From contig JAEWVF010000018.1 in assembly GCA_023459215.1 (NCBI GenBank), forward strand, positions 70,243 through 134,242: a stretch of DNA of 64,000 bases, given 5' to 3'. A program made the translations under genes and the position numbers. This DNA comes from Chloroflexota bacterium (GTDB taxonomy: Bacteria; Chloroflexota; Anaerolineae; Anaerolineales; Villigracilaceae). Under the pieces are notes generated by a model. It was not told where the DNA came from. It searched no databases and was given only the letters and a program-made list of their open reading frames with translations. Positions 39,005 to 48,501 of this stretch are shown piece by piece; positions within the stretch are counted from its first letter, which is position 1, and the number at the start of each line of letters is the position of its first letter.

Positions 39005-39901
39005 CTATTGAATTGAAACAACAAATGTTGCGCCTCCGCGTTTGCCCACAAACCAGTATTGCCCACTTCCGTAAAATACCGGGATCATTCCACAACAATA
39101 TGCCATAGAGATTGAGTCAAATTCAGTCCCAATGATATTTTCGTCATACACCATATGAAATTTGCCGTTTTTCTTGGCGATGTAAATTAATTTGCCTTTG
39201 ATTTCATAGGGAAAATATGACCCTTCCAACTCATATTTTTCATTATAGTTTACGCCATCAACCACAATAACAGGTGTGAAGCCGCCTAGTTCCCACACTA
39301 ATTTTCCTTCGATGTTCCAAAACCTTACGTTTGGGTCATATGACGAAAAGACAGGAGACATTTTTAGAATCGCATCTCCGTTTTTTATTAACTGATAACT
39401 GCAACAATCCCTAGAAGTGACGTTCTTTGTTTCGAAATAATCATTTCCAATTGTTATTCGCCAATCACTAAAACTGCTTTTATTTTTTACTCGTTCGCCA
39501 ATCATCTTTTTGTCATTTTCATTGAAAGTTGGTATTTCAATACACTTTGCCAGAAAATCCATATCACTCCTAGCATACTTTTCATTTGGCACGACGCATT
39601 CCGACCATGTCAGTCCGTTATTTATGGGAATTACGGTGGGAGTACCTGAAAAAGAAAGTGCAGATGTTGGTATAAGAGTTTCTGTAAGATGCAATGGAGT
39701 GGCCGAAGGTATCAGCGTGGCAGTAGAAGTTGCTGTTGGAATTGCCGTTTGTGTTTCAGCAATTTCAGTTCCTGCAACGGCTAGGGCTGTTTCCATAACC
39801 TCTGTTAGTTGCGTTTTGACTGTTGGCCTAAAACTATTACAGGAAGTCAACATTACTAGAATCAGAGGTAATGAGATTATTCCCTTGCTAGCGATTTTCA
39901 T
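39005..39901 (-). CDS. Lipoprotein of unknown function encoded in a low-GC island
   Basis: Lipobox LTSC, Thr/Ser/Pro-rich linker, strongly AT-rich codon usage over 39100-39900 unlike flanks. Confidence 0.55.
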   Translation of the reverse strand: MKIASKGIISLPLILVMLTSCNSFRPTVKTQLTEVMETALAVAGTEIAETQTAIPTATSTATLIPSATPLHLTETLIPTSALSFSGTPTVIPINNGLTWSECVVPNEKYARSDMDFLAKCIEIPTFNENDKKMIGERVKNKSSFSDWRITIGNDYFETKNVTSRDCCSYQLIKNGDAILKMSPVFSSYDPNVRFWNIEGKLVWELGGFTPVIVVDGVNYNEKYELEGSYFPYEIKGKLIYIAKKNGKFHMVYDENIIGTEFDSISMAYCCGMIPVFYGSGQYWFVGKRGGATFVVSIQ

Positions 39902-40168
39902 TTTCCCGTACCTTTTATGTTTTGCGACGAAGCGTCCAATTATGAAGTAGACCGATACCGTCTAATAGTTTATAGGCCGTCAAAGAACAAACCGTATTAA
40001 ATATAGCACTTTTTGTGAAAATCATTCCTGGCGTATCATCAAAATGCTCAATTTGCCGCCCGTTGATTTTCCTGCGCGATAGGAGGCAAGATACGTATCT
40101 CGCTCTACAGCTTTTTTATTGGGTTTCTCTGTGCCGCCGTGACTCTGTGGTCATTTTTTGGCTAAAGG

Positions 40169-40804
40169 TTAATTGAGTTTCTGCACCACAAACACCGCCC
40201 CGGCGAAGGCCAGGCCCAAAATGCCGGTGATGGCCGGCAGGATCCATTTCAGGGCGTTGCTTTCAAACGAATCGATGCGCGCTTCGAGCGGTTTTTCCGG
40301 GTTGTAACGCACCGTCACCTCGTCGCCGACTTCGTAGGAGGGCGGGTCGCTGCCTTCGGCCAACTGCACATCGCGGATGCGCCCATCCTGGGCGGCGAAA
40401 CGCACCACCGGGTAGTGGAACTCGTTCAGCAGGCGGTCGCGGTCGTTTTCATCGTAAACCGGGCGGACGACCATCTCGACCACGGTGCCGGGCGCGCTTT
40501 CTTCGCGTGAAACCTCCGCGATGGCGCTGCCGCCAGACCAGACCGAAATCAGCAGCATCAGGGCGGCCACCCCGCCAAAGACCCACAGGATGATGTTGAA
40601 GGCCGCATTCGACTCTTTTTGGGTTTCTTCCCATTCCTGCTCATCGAAATCCGGCTGGGACGAATCGGCCATCATCTGCATCAGTTTGCGCTTATCGCGC
40701 TTGTTCGGGATGTCATTCAGGTTGGTGTAGAGCACGCCGTCGACCTCGAACGAGACCGCTTCTTCATTTTCCCAGTGCACCGAATAAGATTTTTTCTCTG
40801 CCAT
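40169..40804 (-). CDS. DUF3592-domain membrane protein
   Basis: TM helix followed by GTVVEMVV..YNPEKP beta-domain typical of DUF3592; start trimmed to MAEKK. Confidence 0.55.
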   Translation of the reverse strand: MAEKKSYSVHWENEEAVSFEVDGVLYTNLNDIPNKRDKRKLMQMMADSSQPDFDEQEWEETQKESNAAFNIILWVFGGVAALMLLISVWSGGSAIAEVSREESAPGTVVEMVVRPVYDENDRDRLLNEFHYPVVRFAAQDGRIRDVQLAEGSDPPSYEVGDEVTVRYNPEKPLEARIDSFESNALKWILPAITGILGLAFAGAVFVVQKLN

Positions 40805-40839
40805 TTTTGCTCCGTTTGGCTTTGGGGGGAGATGCGGCT

Positions 40840-41055
40840 TTATTCCTGCTTTTCCTCGCGCAGTTTGCGCATCCGTTCGCTCAGTTCTTCGGCATCTTTG
40901 TCTTGCTTGAAGACATCGAGCGGCTGGCCGCTTTTGGGCAGCCATTTCACATCGCCGCGTGACCAGCCGCGCACCACGGCGAACATCAGCGCGTTCGAAA
41001 GCAGCAGGATCAGAATCAGGACCAGAATCACAATCCAAATCTTTTCAGGATTCAT
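40840..41055 (-). CDS. Small single-pass membrane protein (71 aa)
   Basis: MNPEKIWIVILVLILILLL TM helix then charged tail; 11-nt overlap with upstream HAD gene. Confidence 0.4.
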   Translation of the reverse strand: MNPEKIWIVILVLILILLLSNALMFAVVRGWSRGDVKWLPKSGQPLDVFKQDKDAEELSERMRKLREEKQE

Positions 41056-41716
41056 ACAAACTCCTTTTCCCGGCCTGTTCGAGCAGGGCGGGTAACTCGT
41101 TCCAGTGTTGCAGCACGGCATCTGCCTCGGCGCTGGACGCGCCGTTTTCGCTGACCAGGATCGTATACATGCCAATCTGGCGGGCGGCGAGAGTGGTGCG
41201 CGGCATGTCGTCGAGGATGACGCAGCGCCCTGGGGCCGGATTCCCGGCTGCGCACAGGGCAATTTCAAACGATTCGGGCATCGGCTTGCAGTAGGGCGAA
41301 ACCGTCAGCACATCGATCACGCCTTCGAAGCAGCCTTCCAGCCCGAGCGCGCTCAAAACCCGTTCGGCGTGGGCCGCATCGGCGTTGGTGAAGATGAACT
41401 TGCGGGCCGGAATGGCCTCGATAACGGCCCGCAGGCCGGGGTTGGGCGCGATGTACTCCCGCAGGGGCAGGTCATGCACAAAGGCCAGGTAATCGGCCTT
41501 GTCGAGCTGATATTCCCGTTCCAGCCCGCGCAGGGCGGTGCCATATTGCTCGTAATAGTAGCGGCGCAGGGGAACGACCCGCTCTTCAGGGATGGCCAGC
41601 CGTTCGCGCATGTACAGGTCGATGCGCGCGCGAATATCGCGCCACAGGCCGCTGGAGGCCGGGTAAAGGGTATCGTCGAGGTCGAAGAAAAGGGTGTCGA
41701 AGGTCATGGCATTCAA
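41045..41716 (-). CDS. HAD-superfamily hydrolase (pyrimidine 5'-nucleotidase-like)
   Basis: FDLDDTLY motif I, S/T motif II, K..GDxxxD motifs III/IV. Confidence 0.8.
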   Translation of the reverse strand: MNAMTFDTLFFDLDDTLYPASSGLWRDIRARIDLYMRERLAIPEERVVPLRRYYYEQYGTALRGLEREYQLDKADYLAFVHDLPLREYIAPNPGLRAVIEAIPARKFIFTNADAAHAERVLSALGLEGCFEGVIDVLTVSPYCKPMPESFEIALCAAGNPAPGRCVILDDMPRTTLAARQIGMYTILVSENGASSAEADAVLQHWNELPALLEQAGKRSLYES

Positions 41717-41775
41717 ATTTGACGGAACAGGTTTAATTCTAGCGACCCACTAGTTTGGTTTTGTAAAGAAAAGAG

Positions 41776-41873
41776 AACGCGGATCGCGCGGATTTGGCCG
41801 ATTTTCGCTGATTTTTTTTCAAAAACTCCGTGCAGATCCGTCTAATCTGTGGAATCCGTGTTCTATTTTTGCT
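41776..41873. repeat. Iteron-like convergent arrays of 9-10-bp periodic repeats (CGCGGAT x4 ... ATCCGTG x4)
   Basis: gaacgcggat cgcgcggatt tggccgattt tcgctgattt | ctccgtgcag atccgtctaa tctgtggaat ccgtgttct; imperfect ~95-bp palindrome in the thrC leader. Confidence 0.5.
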
Positions 41874-41964
41874 AAAAATTTCAAAGCGTCCGCTGGAGAG
41901 GTCTAATTCTACCTTATGGCGCATCGTCCTGTGTAATTCCGAGTGGGAAGAGTATAATTTCAAC

Positions 41965-43212
41965 ATGAACAAATTCCTTGGTTATCGCTGTTCGCTTTGC
42001 GGGGCAGAGTTCCTGCCCAACCAGATCACTTATACCTGCTCCTGCGGCGGGAACCTGGATGTGCAGCTCGATTACGAAAGCATCAAGAAAAAATACCAGC
42101 CGGATGATTTCCTGTGCCGGGATGAGAACAATCTTTGGCGTTACCTGCCGCTGCTGCCGGTTTCCTTTCCCAAGCGCGGGGAGCGGACTCCCCTCGGCCT
42201 GGCCGGCGGGACCCCGGTCGTTGCGCTGACGCGACTGGCCCGCAAACTTGGCCTGGAGCAGCTCTGGCTCAAGGACGAATCGCGCAACCCGACCGCTTCT
42301 TTCAAAGACCGCGCTTCGGCGGTGGTGGTGGCGCGCGCCATCGAAACCAACGTCGAAACCGTTGTCACCGCTTCGACCGGCAACGCCGGGGCGGCCCTGG
42401 CGGGCATGGCGGCGGCGGTCGGCCAGAAAGCGGTCATATTTGCGCCGAAGACTGCTCCGCCGGCCAAGGTGGCGCAGTTGCTGGTCTTTGGCGCAAAAGT
42501 CCTGCTGGTGGATGGCTCCTACGACGACGCCTTTGACCTGACCGTCAAGGCCAGCGCCGAGTTTGGCTGGTACTGCCGCAACACCGGCTACAATCCGCTG
42601 ACCGTGGAGGGCAAAAAGACAGCCGCTTTTGAAATCTGGGAGTGGATGTCTTCGGCCAAGCTGGGGCTGCGCAATGGCGCTCCGCTGACCGTTTTTGTCT
42701 CGGTCGGCGATGGCAATATCATCTCTGGCATTCACAAAGGTTTCAAGGATTTGCTCGCCCTGGGCTGGCTGGAGCGCATGCCGCGCCTGATCGGCATCCA
42801 GGCCGAAGGGTCGGCGGCGATTGCCAACGCTTTCAAAGCCGGCGACGAGAAGATTATCCCGGTCCAGTCTACGACCCTGGCCGATAGCATCAGCGTCGAC
42901 TTGCCGCGCGACGGGGTGCGGGCGGTGCGCGCCGCGCGCGAGACGGGTGGAACGTATCTGACCGTCAGCGATGCCGAGATTCTGGCGGCGATTGCCGAAC
43001 TGGGCGCGCAGGGGGTTTTTGCCGAACCCGCCGGGGCGACGGCTTACGCCGGTTTGGTGGCGGCCAAGGCCCAGGGCTTGCTTGATCCGGGCGCGCCGGT
43101 TTTGGTGATGAATACCGGCAGCGGGTTAAAAGACGTTCGCGCGGCGATGCAGGCAGTGCAGGCCGCGCCGATTATCCAACCGGATTTGGAGTCTGTCAAA
43201 AAACACTTATGA
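41965..43212 (+). CDS. thrC: Threonine synthase with N-terminal zinc-ribbon
   Basis: CxxC..CxC N-terminus, PLP-lysine motif FKDRAS, GNAG, PLP-fold. Confidence 0.85.
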   Translation: MNKFLGYRCSLCGAEFLPNQITYTCSCGGNLDVQLDYESIKKKYQPDDFLCRDENNLWRYLPLLPVSFPKRGERTPLGLAGGTPVVALTRLARKLGLEQLWLKDESRNPTASFKDRASAVVVARAIETNVETVVTASTGNAGAALAGMAAAVGQKAVIFAPKTAPPAKVAQLLVFGAKVLLVDGSYDDAFDLTVKASAEFGWYCRNTGYNPLTVEGKKTAAFEIWEWMSSAKLGLRNGAPLTVFVSVGDGNIISGIHKGFKDLLALGWLERMPRLIGIQAEGSAAIANAFKAGDEKIIPVQSTTLADSISVDLPRDGVRAVRAARETGGTYLTVSDAEILAAIAELGAQGVFAEPAGATAYAGLVAAKAQGLLDPGAPVLVMNTGSGLKDVRAAMQAVQAAPIIQPDLESVKKHL

Positions 43213-44324
43213 GTTCCTGGGGTTTGCCGTTTCGTTATTTGATGGGTGTTTTATTATTGGTGTTTTTCGCGGCGTTTGCTTATTACGCCCGCGAAGCAAT
43301 CATGCCGCTGGTGGTTTCGGCGTTTATTGCGTATTTATTCAGCCCGGCGGCGGTTTTCCTGGCCGAGCAGACCCGCCTGTCGCGGCGGGCGGCGGTGGCG
43401 ATTGTTTATTCGACGGCCATTGTGCTGTTGTTTGCCATCCCGGCCATTATTACCCCGTTTTTCATCGATGAACTGACCGGTGTTGGCCAGGATTTGCTCA
43501 GCCTGCTGCGCCAGTTGCGCGAGGCGCTGGCCGAGCCAGTGCGTTTGTTGGGCATGAGCTTTGATCTGGGCCAATTGGAACACGGCCTGGAGCAGTTGCA
43601 GACCGCCCTGGTGACGCCCCTGCCTGAGAACGCCTTCTGGATTTTGGAATCGACTTCGCGCGGCACGATCTGGCTGCTGGTGATTATCGTCAGCGTTTAC
43701 CTGTTCCTGGCGTATTGGCCCGATATGCGCGATTGGCTGATCGGGCTGGCTCCCAAATCGGCGCGCGGCGAGGTGGAAATGCTCTACCGGCAGGTGCGCG
43801 GGGTCTGGATGGCTTATTTGCGCGGCCAGCTCCTGTTGATGCTGGTGGTCGGCGTGATTTTTACCATCGCCTGGATGATCCTGGGCATCCCCGGCGCGTT
43901 TGTGTTGGGCGTGATTGCCGGCTTGTTCACCCTTGTGCCCGACATCGGCCCAATTTTCGCGGTGGCGCTTGCCATGGGCGTGGCCTTGCTGGAAGGGTCG
44001 ACCTGGATTCCGCTCTCGAACGTCTGGGTGATGCTGATTGTTTTCCTGGTCTATTTTGTGCTGATTAATCTCAAAAACATGTGGCTGCGGCCATTTATTA
44101 TGGGCCGCAGTGTTCACATGAACGAAGGCGTTATTTTTGTGGCGATCCTGGTTGCCACAATTTTGTATGGCATTTTGGGCGCGTTGTTGGTTGTGCCGGT
44201 TCTGGCTTCGGCTGTGATTTTGATCAATTATTTGTTGGTGAAAATCATGGGCAGCCACTCTCAGGAGCGTCCCAGCCGTCCTGCTCGTTCAAGCAGGAAC
44301 ATCAGAAAGAGAAACAGGAATTAA
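43209..44324 (+). CDS. AI-2E family (PerM/UPF0118) transporter
   Basis: 8 TM helices; 4-nt overlap with thrC. Confidence 0.75.
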   Translation: MSSWGLPFRYLMGVLLLVFFAAFAYYAREAIMPLVVSAFIAYLFSPAAVFLAEQTRLSRRAAVAIVYSTAIVLLFAIPAIITPFFIDELTGVGQDLLSLLRQLREALAEPVRLLGMSFDLGQLEHGLEQLQTALVTPLPENAFWILESTSRGTIWLLVIIVSVYLFLAYWPDMRDWLIGLAPKSARGEVEMLYRQVRGVWMAYLRGQLLLMLVVGVIFTIAWMILGIPGAFVLGVIAGLFTLVPDIGPIFAVALAMGVALLEGSTWIPLSNVWVMLIVFLVYFVLINLKNMWLRPFIMGRSVHMNEGVIFVAILVATILYGILGALLVVPVLASAVILINYLLVKIMGSHSQERPSRPARSSRNIRKRNRN

Positions 44325-44327
44325 TCC

Positions 44328-45269
44328 ATGACGATTAAATATTCGATTATTGCCCCGATTTTCAACGAATTCGAAAACATTCCCGTGCTTTGGAAGCGGG
44401 TCAGCGAAGTGATGGATTCGACCGGCGAGCCTTGGGAGTTGATCCTGGTGGATGACGGTTCGAGCGACGGTTCGACTGATCGCATCCGCGAACTGGCGGC
44501 TGCCGAGCCGCGCGTGCGCCCGGTGATTTTTGCGCGCAATTTCGGCCACCAGATCGCTGTCACCGCCGGGATGGATTACAGCCGGGGCGAGGCGATTGTG
44601 GTCATCGATGCCGACCTGCAAGACCCGCCGGAAGTGATCCTTGAACTGGCCAAGAAATGGAAGGAAGGCTACGAGGTGGTTTACGCGGTGCGCTCGGAAC
44701 GCGAGGGCGAAAGCTGGTTCAAGCTGATGACGGCATCGTTGTTCTACCGCCTGATTTATCGCATTACGGATGTCAAAATTCCGCTTGATACCGGCGATTT
44801 CCGCCTGGTCGACCGCAAGGTGGTCGATGTGATGAACTCGATGCGCGAACGGCATCGTTTCCTGCGCGGCATGTCCTCCTGGATCGGGTTCAAGCAAATT
44901 GGGGTTGAGTACAAACGGGCGGCCAGGTTAAGCGGCGTTACCAAGTATCCGCTCAAGAAGATGCTCAAGTTTGCCCAGGATGGCATTACCGGTTTTTCGT
45001 ATTTCCCGCTGCAAATTGCCACTTACCTGGGCTTTTTTGCCGCCGGTTTGAGCGTCGTCGGCATTCCGTTGGTGATGATCCTGCGCCTGGCCGGGTCGCA
45101 TTTTTTCGAGGGTCAGACCACGACCCTGATCTCTGTTCTGTTTTTGGGCGGGGTGCAGTTGATTTCGCTGGGCATCCTGGGCGAGTACATCGGGCGTATC
45201 TATGACGAGGTTAAGGGTCGCCCCCTGTATGTGGTGCGCGATGCGCCCAAGATGGATGGCGAACAGTAA
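44328..45269 (+). CDS. Family 2 glycosyltransferase (polyprenol-phosphate glycosyltransferase-like)
   Basis: [21 protein letters not shown] motif, C-terminal TM helices. Confidence 0.8.
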   Translation: MTIKYSIIAPIFNEFENIPVLWKRVSEVMDSTGEPWELILVDDGSSDGSTDRIRELAAAEPRVRPVIFARNFGHQIAVTAGMDYSRGEAIVVIDADLQDPPEVILELAKKWKEGYEVVYAVRSEREGESWFKLMTASLFYRLIYRITDVKIPLDTGDFRLVDRKVVDVMNSMRERHRFLRGMSSWIGFKQIGVEYKRAARLSGVTKYPLKKMLKFAQDGITGFSYFPLQIATYLGFFAAGLSVVGIPLVMILRLAGSHFFEGQTTTLISVLFLGGVQLISLGILGEYIGRIYDEVKGRPLYVVRDAPKMDGEQ

Positions 45270-45332
45270 ACGGTAACCAGAAAAATAGTATTCAGTAAGC
45301 AGGCCGGAAAACTTTCCCGGCCTGCTTTTTTA

Positions 45333-45710
45333 TTAACCACTGGTGATTTTTAAGGCGGTGTAGCGTTTTCGGCTGAACAAACCCATCAGGCCAAACAGGT
45401 GGAAGGCAATGCCATATTTTTTGATCATCAGTTTGCGGACCTGTTCAACCGCTGCGGGCGAATCGTCGCGGATGGCCTGGGCGGGGACCCAATCGCCGAG
45501 CAGATGCCCATCGCCGCGGCAGGGAGCGATGTTGACGCTGACGGGGGCCTCGCGACGGACGCGCTTGGCTTTGCCCGAGTCGGCTTGCGTCCAGATATAG
45601 AGCGCATTGCCCTCCTGCGCGAACCAGACCGGGGTTTTAATCCCCTGTCCATTTTTGCGGAAGGTTTCGAGGTTGAGATATTGTTGGTTTTGGAAGGTGG
45701 GGTAGGACAT
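45333..45710 (-). CDS. PPOX-class (pyridoxamine 5'-phosphate oxidase-like) FMN/F420-binding split-barrel protein
   Basis: 125 aa, PNPOx-like fold signature (RKNGQ..TPVWF). Confidence 0.55.
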   Translation of the reverse strand: MSYPTFQNQQYLNLETFRKNGQGIKTPVWFAQEGNALYIWTQADSGKAKRVRREAPVSVNIAPCRGDGHLLGDWVPAQAIRDDSPAAVEQVRKLMIKKYGIAFHLFGLMGLFSRKRYTALKITSG

Positions 45711-45742
45711 GAGGGGAACTCCGGGAAAGGGGATTGATATTA

Positions 45743-45789
45743 GATACTCGATATTCGTTATGATGTTTGATTAACGAATATCGAGTATC
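45743..45789. repeat. Perfect 18-bp inverted repeat (gatactcgatattcgtta / taacgaatatcgagtatc) with 11-nt spacer
   Basis: Read directly; related copy inserted inside P450 gene at 47276-47340. Confidence 0.8.
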
Positions 45790-45793
45790 GCTT

Positions 45794-46588
45794 TTACGGC
45801 AAGCCTTTGAAGCCACGCGCTTTCCAGGCAGCGAAGCGCTCCCAGCCGAGATTGGAGAGCATCAGGGTCATGCCGAAGCCGATTAAAACGCAGGTGATGA
45901 AGAAAAAGGCAACTTCTTCAATCGGCAGGATGCCGAAGAAGTTGATTCCCAACGTCTGGTCTTTCGAGATTTGCCAGGTGGTGGCGTTCAGGGCAACGAT
46001 GTCCATCAGCGACAGGTACAGACCGGGGGCGAAAATGGCCCAAAATACCAGTTTGCGGTAATGCCAGAGAATATCGGCTCCGAACAGGAATTGGGGAATG
46101 ATCGGCGGCAGCGCCCAGAAGAAGATGATGCCGAGATAGTTCCACTCATCGCCGGCGAAGAAGAACTGAACGGTGAAGAAGGCCCAGGCGGCGACAAGGA
46201 TTGCGGTTGACCAGTAAGCCAGTTTTGGGCTGCGCTGGAAGGTTTCAGGGGCGGGCAGGGTCAAGCGTTTGGCCAGGAACCACCACCACAGGCCGACCAT
46301 GATAGTTTCAACGATAAAGAACGTGTATTCTTCAATCGGGACGTAGCCAATCGTAATGCCGGTCACCAGCTCCGGGTTGTAGTACCAGACGCCGGTGGCG
46401 ACCAGGTAGTTGTCCCAGGGGGTGGTGTAGATCAGCGCGATGAGAACATGCGCGGCGATAATCAGCGGCACTTTTTTGGCGTCGAAGCCGGGGGTGGGGC
46501 GTCCGGCGCGCTTGTCCAGCCAGGTGATGAACAGCAGGACAAGGATGGGGATGAGTACGAAATAGGCGAGGAAGGCAAAGTAGGTCAT
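45794..46588 (-). CDS. crtYcd: Fused heterodimeric-type lycopene beta-cyclase (CrtYcd, two lycopene-cyclase domains)
   Basis: Two PxEE motifs (PIEEYTFF and PIEEVAFF), TPWDN motif, ~7 TM helices. Confidence 0.75.
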   Translation of the reverse strand: MTYFAFLAYFVLIPILVLLFITWLDKRAGRPTPGFDAKKVPLIIAAHVLIALIYTTPWDNYLVATGVWYYNPELVTGITIGYVPIEEYTFFIVETIMVGLWWWFLAKRLTLPAPETFQRSPKLAYWSTAILVAAWAFFTVQFFFAGDEWNYLGIIFFWALPPIIPQFLFGADILWHYRKLVFWAIFAPGLYLSLMDIVALNATTWQISKDQTLGINFFGILPIEEVAFFFITCVLIGFGMTLMLSNLGWERFAAWKARGFKGLP

Positions 46589-46595
46589 TGGGATT

Positions 46596-47963
46596 TCAGA
46601 TTTGAGATTTTTGATTGGGGGGTTGTCGGCGGGTAATTTTCATCAGCACGCCAGGGCGCGGCTCAAGGGTTGCGCCCATGTGCGGATGGATTTCGTGCGG
46701 GTTGATCGGCTGGAAGTCGAAGTTTTGCAGCAAATAGCTGACCACAATCCGCGCTTCGGCCTGGCCGAAGGCGGCCCCGATGCAGGCGCGCGGCCCACCG
46801 CCAAAGGCGATGAAACTCATGGGCGGGGGTGCCTGCCCTGCGCTTCCCTGCGGGGTGCGGCCTCGTGCGAAGCGCTCGGGCTGGAACTGGTCCGGGTTGT
46901 CCCAGATGGCCGGGTCGCGCTGGGTCAGGTAGATCGAGTAGAACATGCGCGCGCCAGCCGGAATGGTCTCGCCTTCGCCGAAGGTCACATCCTTGGCGAC
47001 CATGCGGTTGCCGATGTGGATCGGCGGATATAGGCGCAGGGATTCCTTGATGACCTGGTCGAGCAGCGGCGGATTTTGGCCGGGTTCGCTCTCGTCCAGG
47101 TCGCGGACGAGGGCGGCGTAAACGTCCGGGTGTTGGCCGAGCAGGGCAAAAATCCAGGCCAGCAGGGCGGTGGAGGTGTCGTGGCCGGCAATCAGCATGG
47201 TCAACATCTGATCGCGGATGGTTTTGTTGGGCAGGCCGGCATCGATCAGGTGTTGGAGCAGGTCGTTATTTGGGGATTCGATATTTGAGTCTTCGATATT
47301 GGAACCTCGAGTATTCGAATATCGAATATCGAGGTTCGCTTTCCGACGTTCAGCGATAATTTCATAGAGATAAGTATCCAGGGCTTGCAGGTGCTTTTTG
47401 TAGCCGGGGCGCGGGATGCGCCGCCACAAAATCCATGCGCCGGGTGAGATGTAGTCGATGGCTTTCAGGATCGGCGTCCAGATGCGTGGCAGGTCGTCCC
47501 AGGCGTCGCGGCTGAACAGGGCCTGGATGATGATCAGCAGGGCGATTTTGCGGCCCTCGACCAGCATATCCACCGTCTGACCGTCCTGCCAGGCCGCGCT
47601 GACCCGTTCGGTCTGTTGGCGCATCATCCCGGCGTAGCCGGGCAGCTTACCGGGATGCAGCGACGGTTCCATCAACTTGCGATATTGGTCGTGTTCTTCA
47701 CCGTCGGTGACGAGCACGCCCCGGTCGAGCAAATCCGTCACCGGGTCCTGGTTGCGCCACAGGAACTTATCCCGTTCGGTAATGAGCACCTTGCGCGCCG
47801 CATCCGGCCCGTAAACGATATAAGGTTTGAATCCCGGCAGCGGCACCTGGAAGAAACGCCCAACCCGCTCGGCCATCACGCGCAGCGGCCCAAGCGGGGA
47901 TTTTTCAGCGAGAAAGGCTTTCAGCACAGCCAGGCCGGTTTGGGGATCAGATTCAGCAGGCAT
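46596..47963 (-). CDS. Cytochrome P450 (carotenoid-cluster associated), carrying an in-frame ~20-aa repeat-encoded insertion
   Basis: FGGGPRACIG heme loop, ExxR; LDIRYSNTRGSNIEDSNIES inserted between ERR and DLLQ helices. Confidence 0.85.
   Translation of the reverse strand: MPAESDPQTGLAVLKAFLAEKSPLGPLRVMAERVGRFFQVPLPGFKPYIVYGPDAARKVLITERDKFLWRNQDPVTDLLDRGVLVTDGEEHDQYRKLMEPSLHPGKLPGYAGMMRQQTERVSAAWQDGQTVDMLVEGRKIALLIIIQALFSRDAWDDLPRIWTPILKAIDYISPGAWILWRRIPRPGYKKHLQALDTYLYEIIAERRKANLDIRYSNTRGSNIEDSNIESPNNDLLQHLIDAGLPNKTIRDQMLTMLIAGHDTSTALLAWIFALLGQHPDVYAALVRDLDESEPGQNPPLLDQVIKESLRLYPPIHIGNRMVAKDVTFGEGETIPAGARMFYSIYLTQRDPAIWDNPDQFQPERFARGRTPQGSAGQAPPPMSFIAFGGGPRACIGAAFGQAEARIVVSYLLQNFDFQPINPHEIHPHMGATLEPRPGVLMKITRRQPPNQKSQI
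47276..47340. repeat. Palindromic element copy (tcgatatt / cgaatatcga units) embedded in-frame in P450 CDS
   Basis: cctcgagtattcgaatatcgaatatcgagg; shares cgaatatcgag..cgcttt with 45772-45795. Confidence 0.7.
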
Positions 47964-48484
47964 CAGCGCAACTCCTTGGTAAAGTACAGCACCAGGTCGT
48001 CATCGACCGGCACGGATTGGCCGTACTGGACGGGCTGGCCGCGCGAGTACAATCCGCGCCCATCGGGGATATAGCCGCGTTTGGCGTACATGCGCTGGGC
48101 CGAGCCGTAATCGGCGGTCATGCCGACGCCCAGGCCGACGATAGCGCTGCGGGCGGTGGCCCGCTTTTCGGCCTCATCCATCAGGGCTGCGCCGATGCCC
48201 TGGCGGCGGAATTTGGGTAGCACGTTGAAATCGACGATTTCGGGGATGTTTTGCTCGCGGAAAGGCGGATAGTGCGACTGCCAGCAGATGGTGACGTAAC
48301 CGGCGAATTCCAAAATCGGCAGATTTTGAACTCCAGAATGAGCGACCATGACCACCCGCTGGCCTGCTTCCTGCTCCGAGAGATATTTCTCATACTGCGA
48401 GGCGGGTTTATCCCAGCCGAGTTGAGCGAAAGCGGCAGCAATCGAGGCGATGTCGGCGGGTTCTAGCAGGCGAATGATATGCAT
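47963..48484 (-). CDS. GNAT-family N-acetyltransferase
   Basis: RRQGIGAALM acetyl-CoA binding motif. Confidence 0.75.
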   Translation of the reverse strand: MHIIRLLEPADIASIAAAFAQLGWDKPASQYEKYLSEQEAGQRVVMVAHSGVQNLPILEFAGYVTICWQSHYPPFREQNIPEIVDFNVLPKFRRQGIGAALMDEAEKRATARSAIVGLGVGMTADYGSAQRMYAKRGYIPDGRGLYSRGQPVQYGQSVPVDDDLVLYFTKELR

Positions 48485-48501
48485 ACGAAGACTGAAAACT
48501 T

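Noticed and set aside
41776-41873. CRISPR array hypothesis for the periodic repeats (also 63909..64000)
   Set aside because: Repeat units are only 9-10 bp with no unique spacers and no cas genes; the architecture is convergent half-arrays, not a CRISPR.
41739-41972. 77-aa minus-strand ORF in the thrC leader
   Set aside because: Lies over the periodic repeat array and has low-complexity translation; more likely non-coding regulatory DNA.
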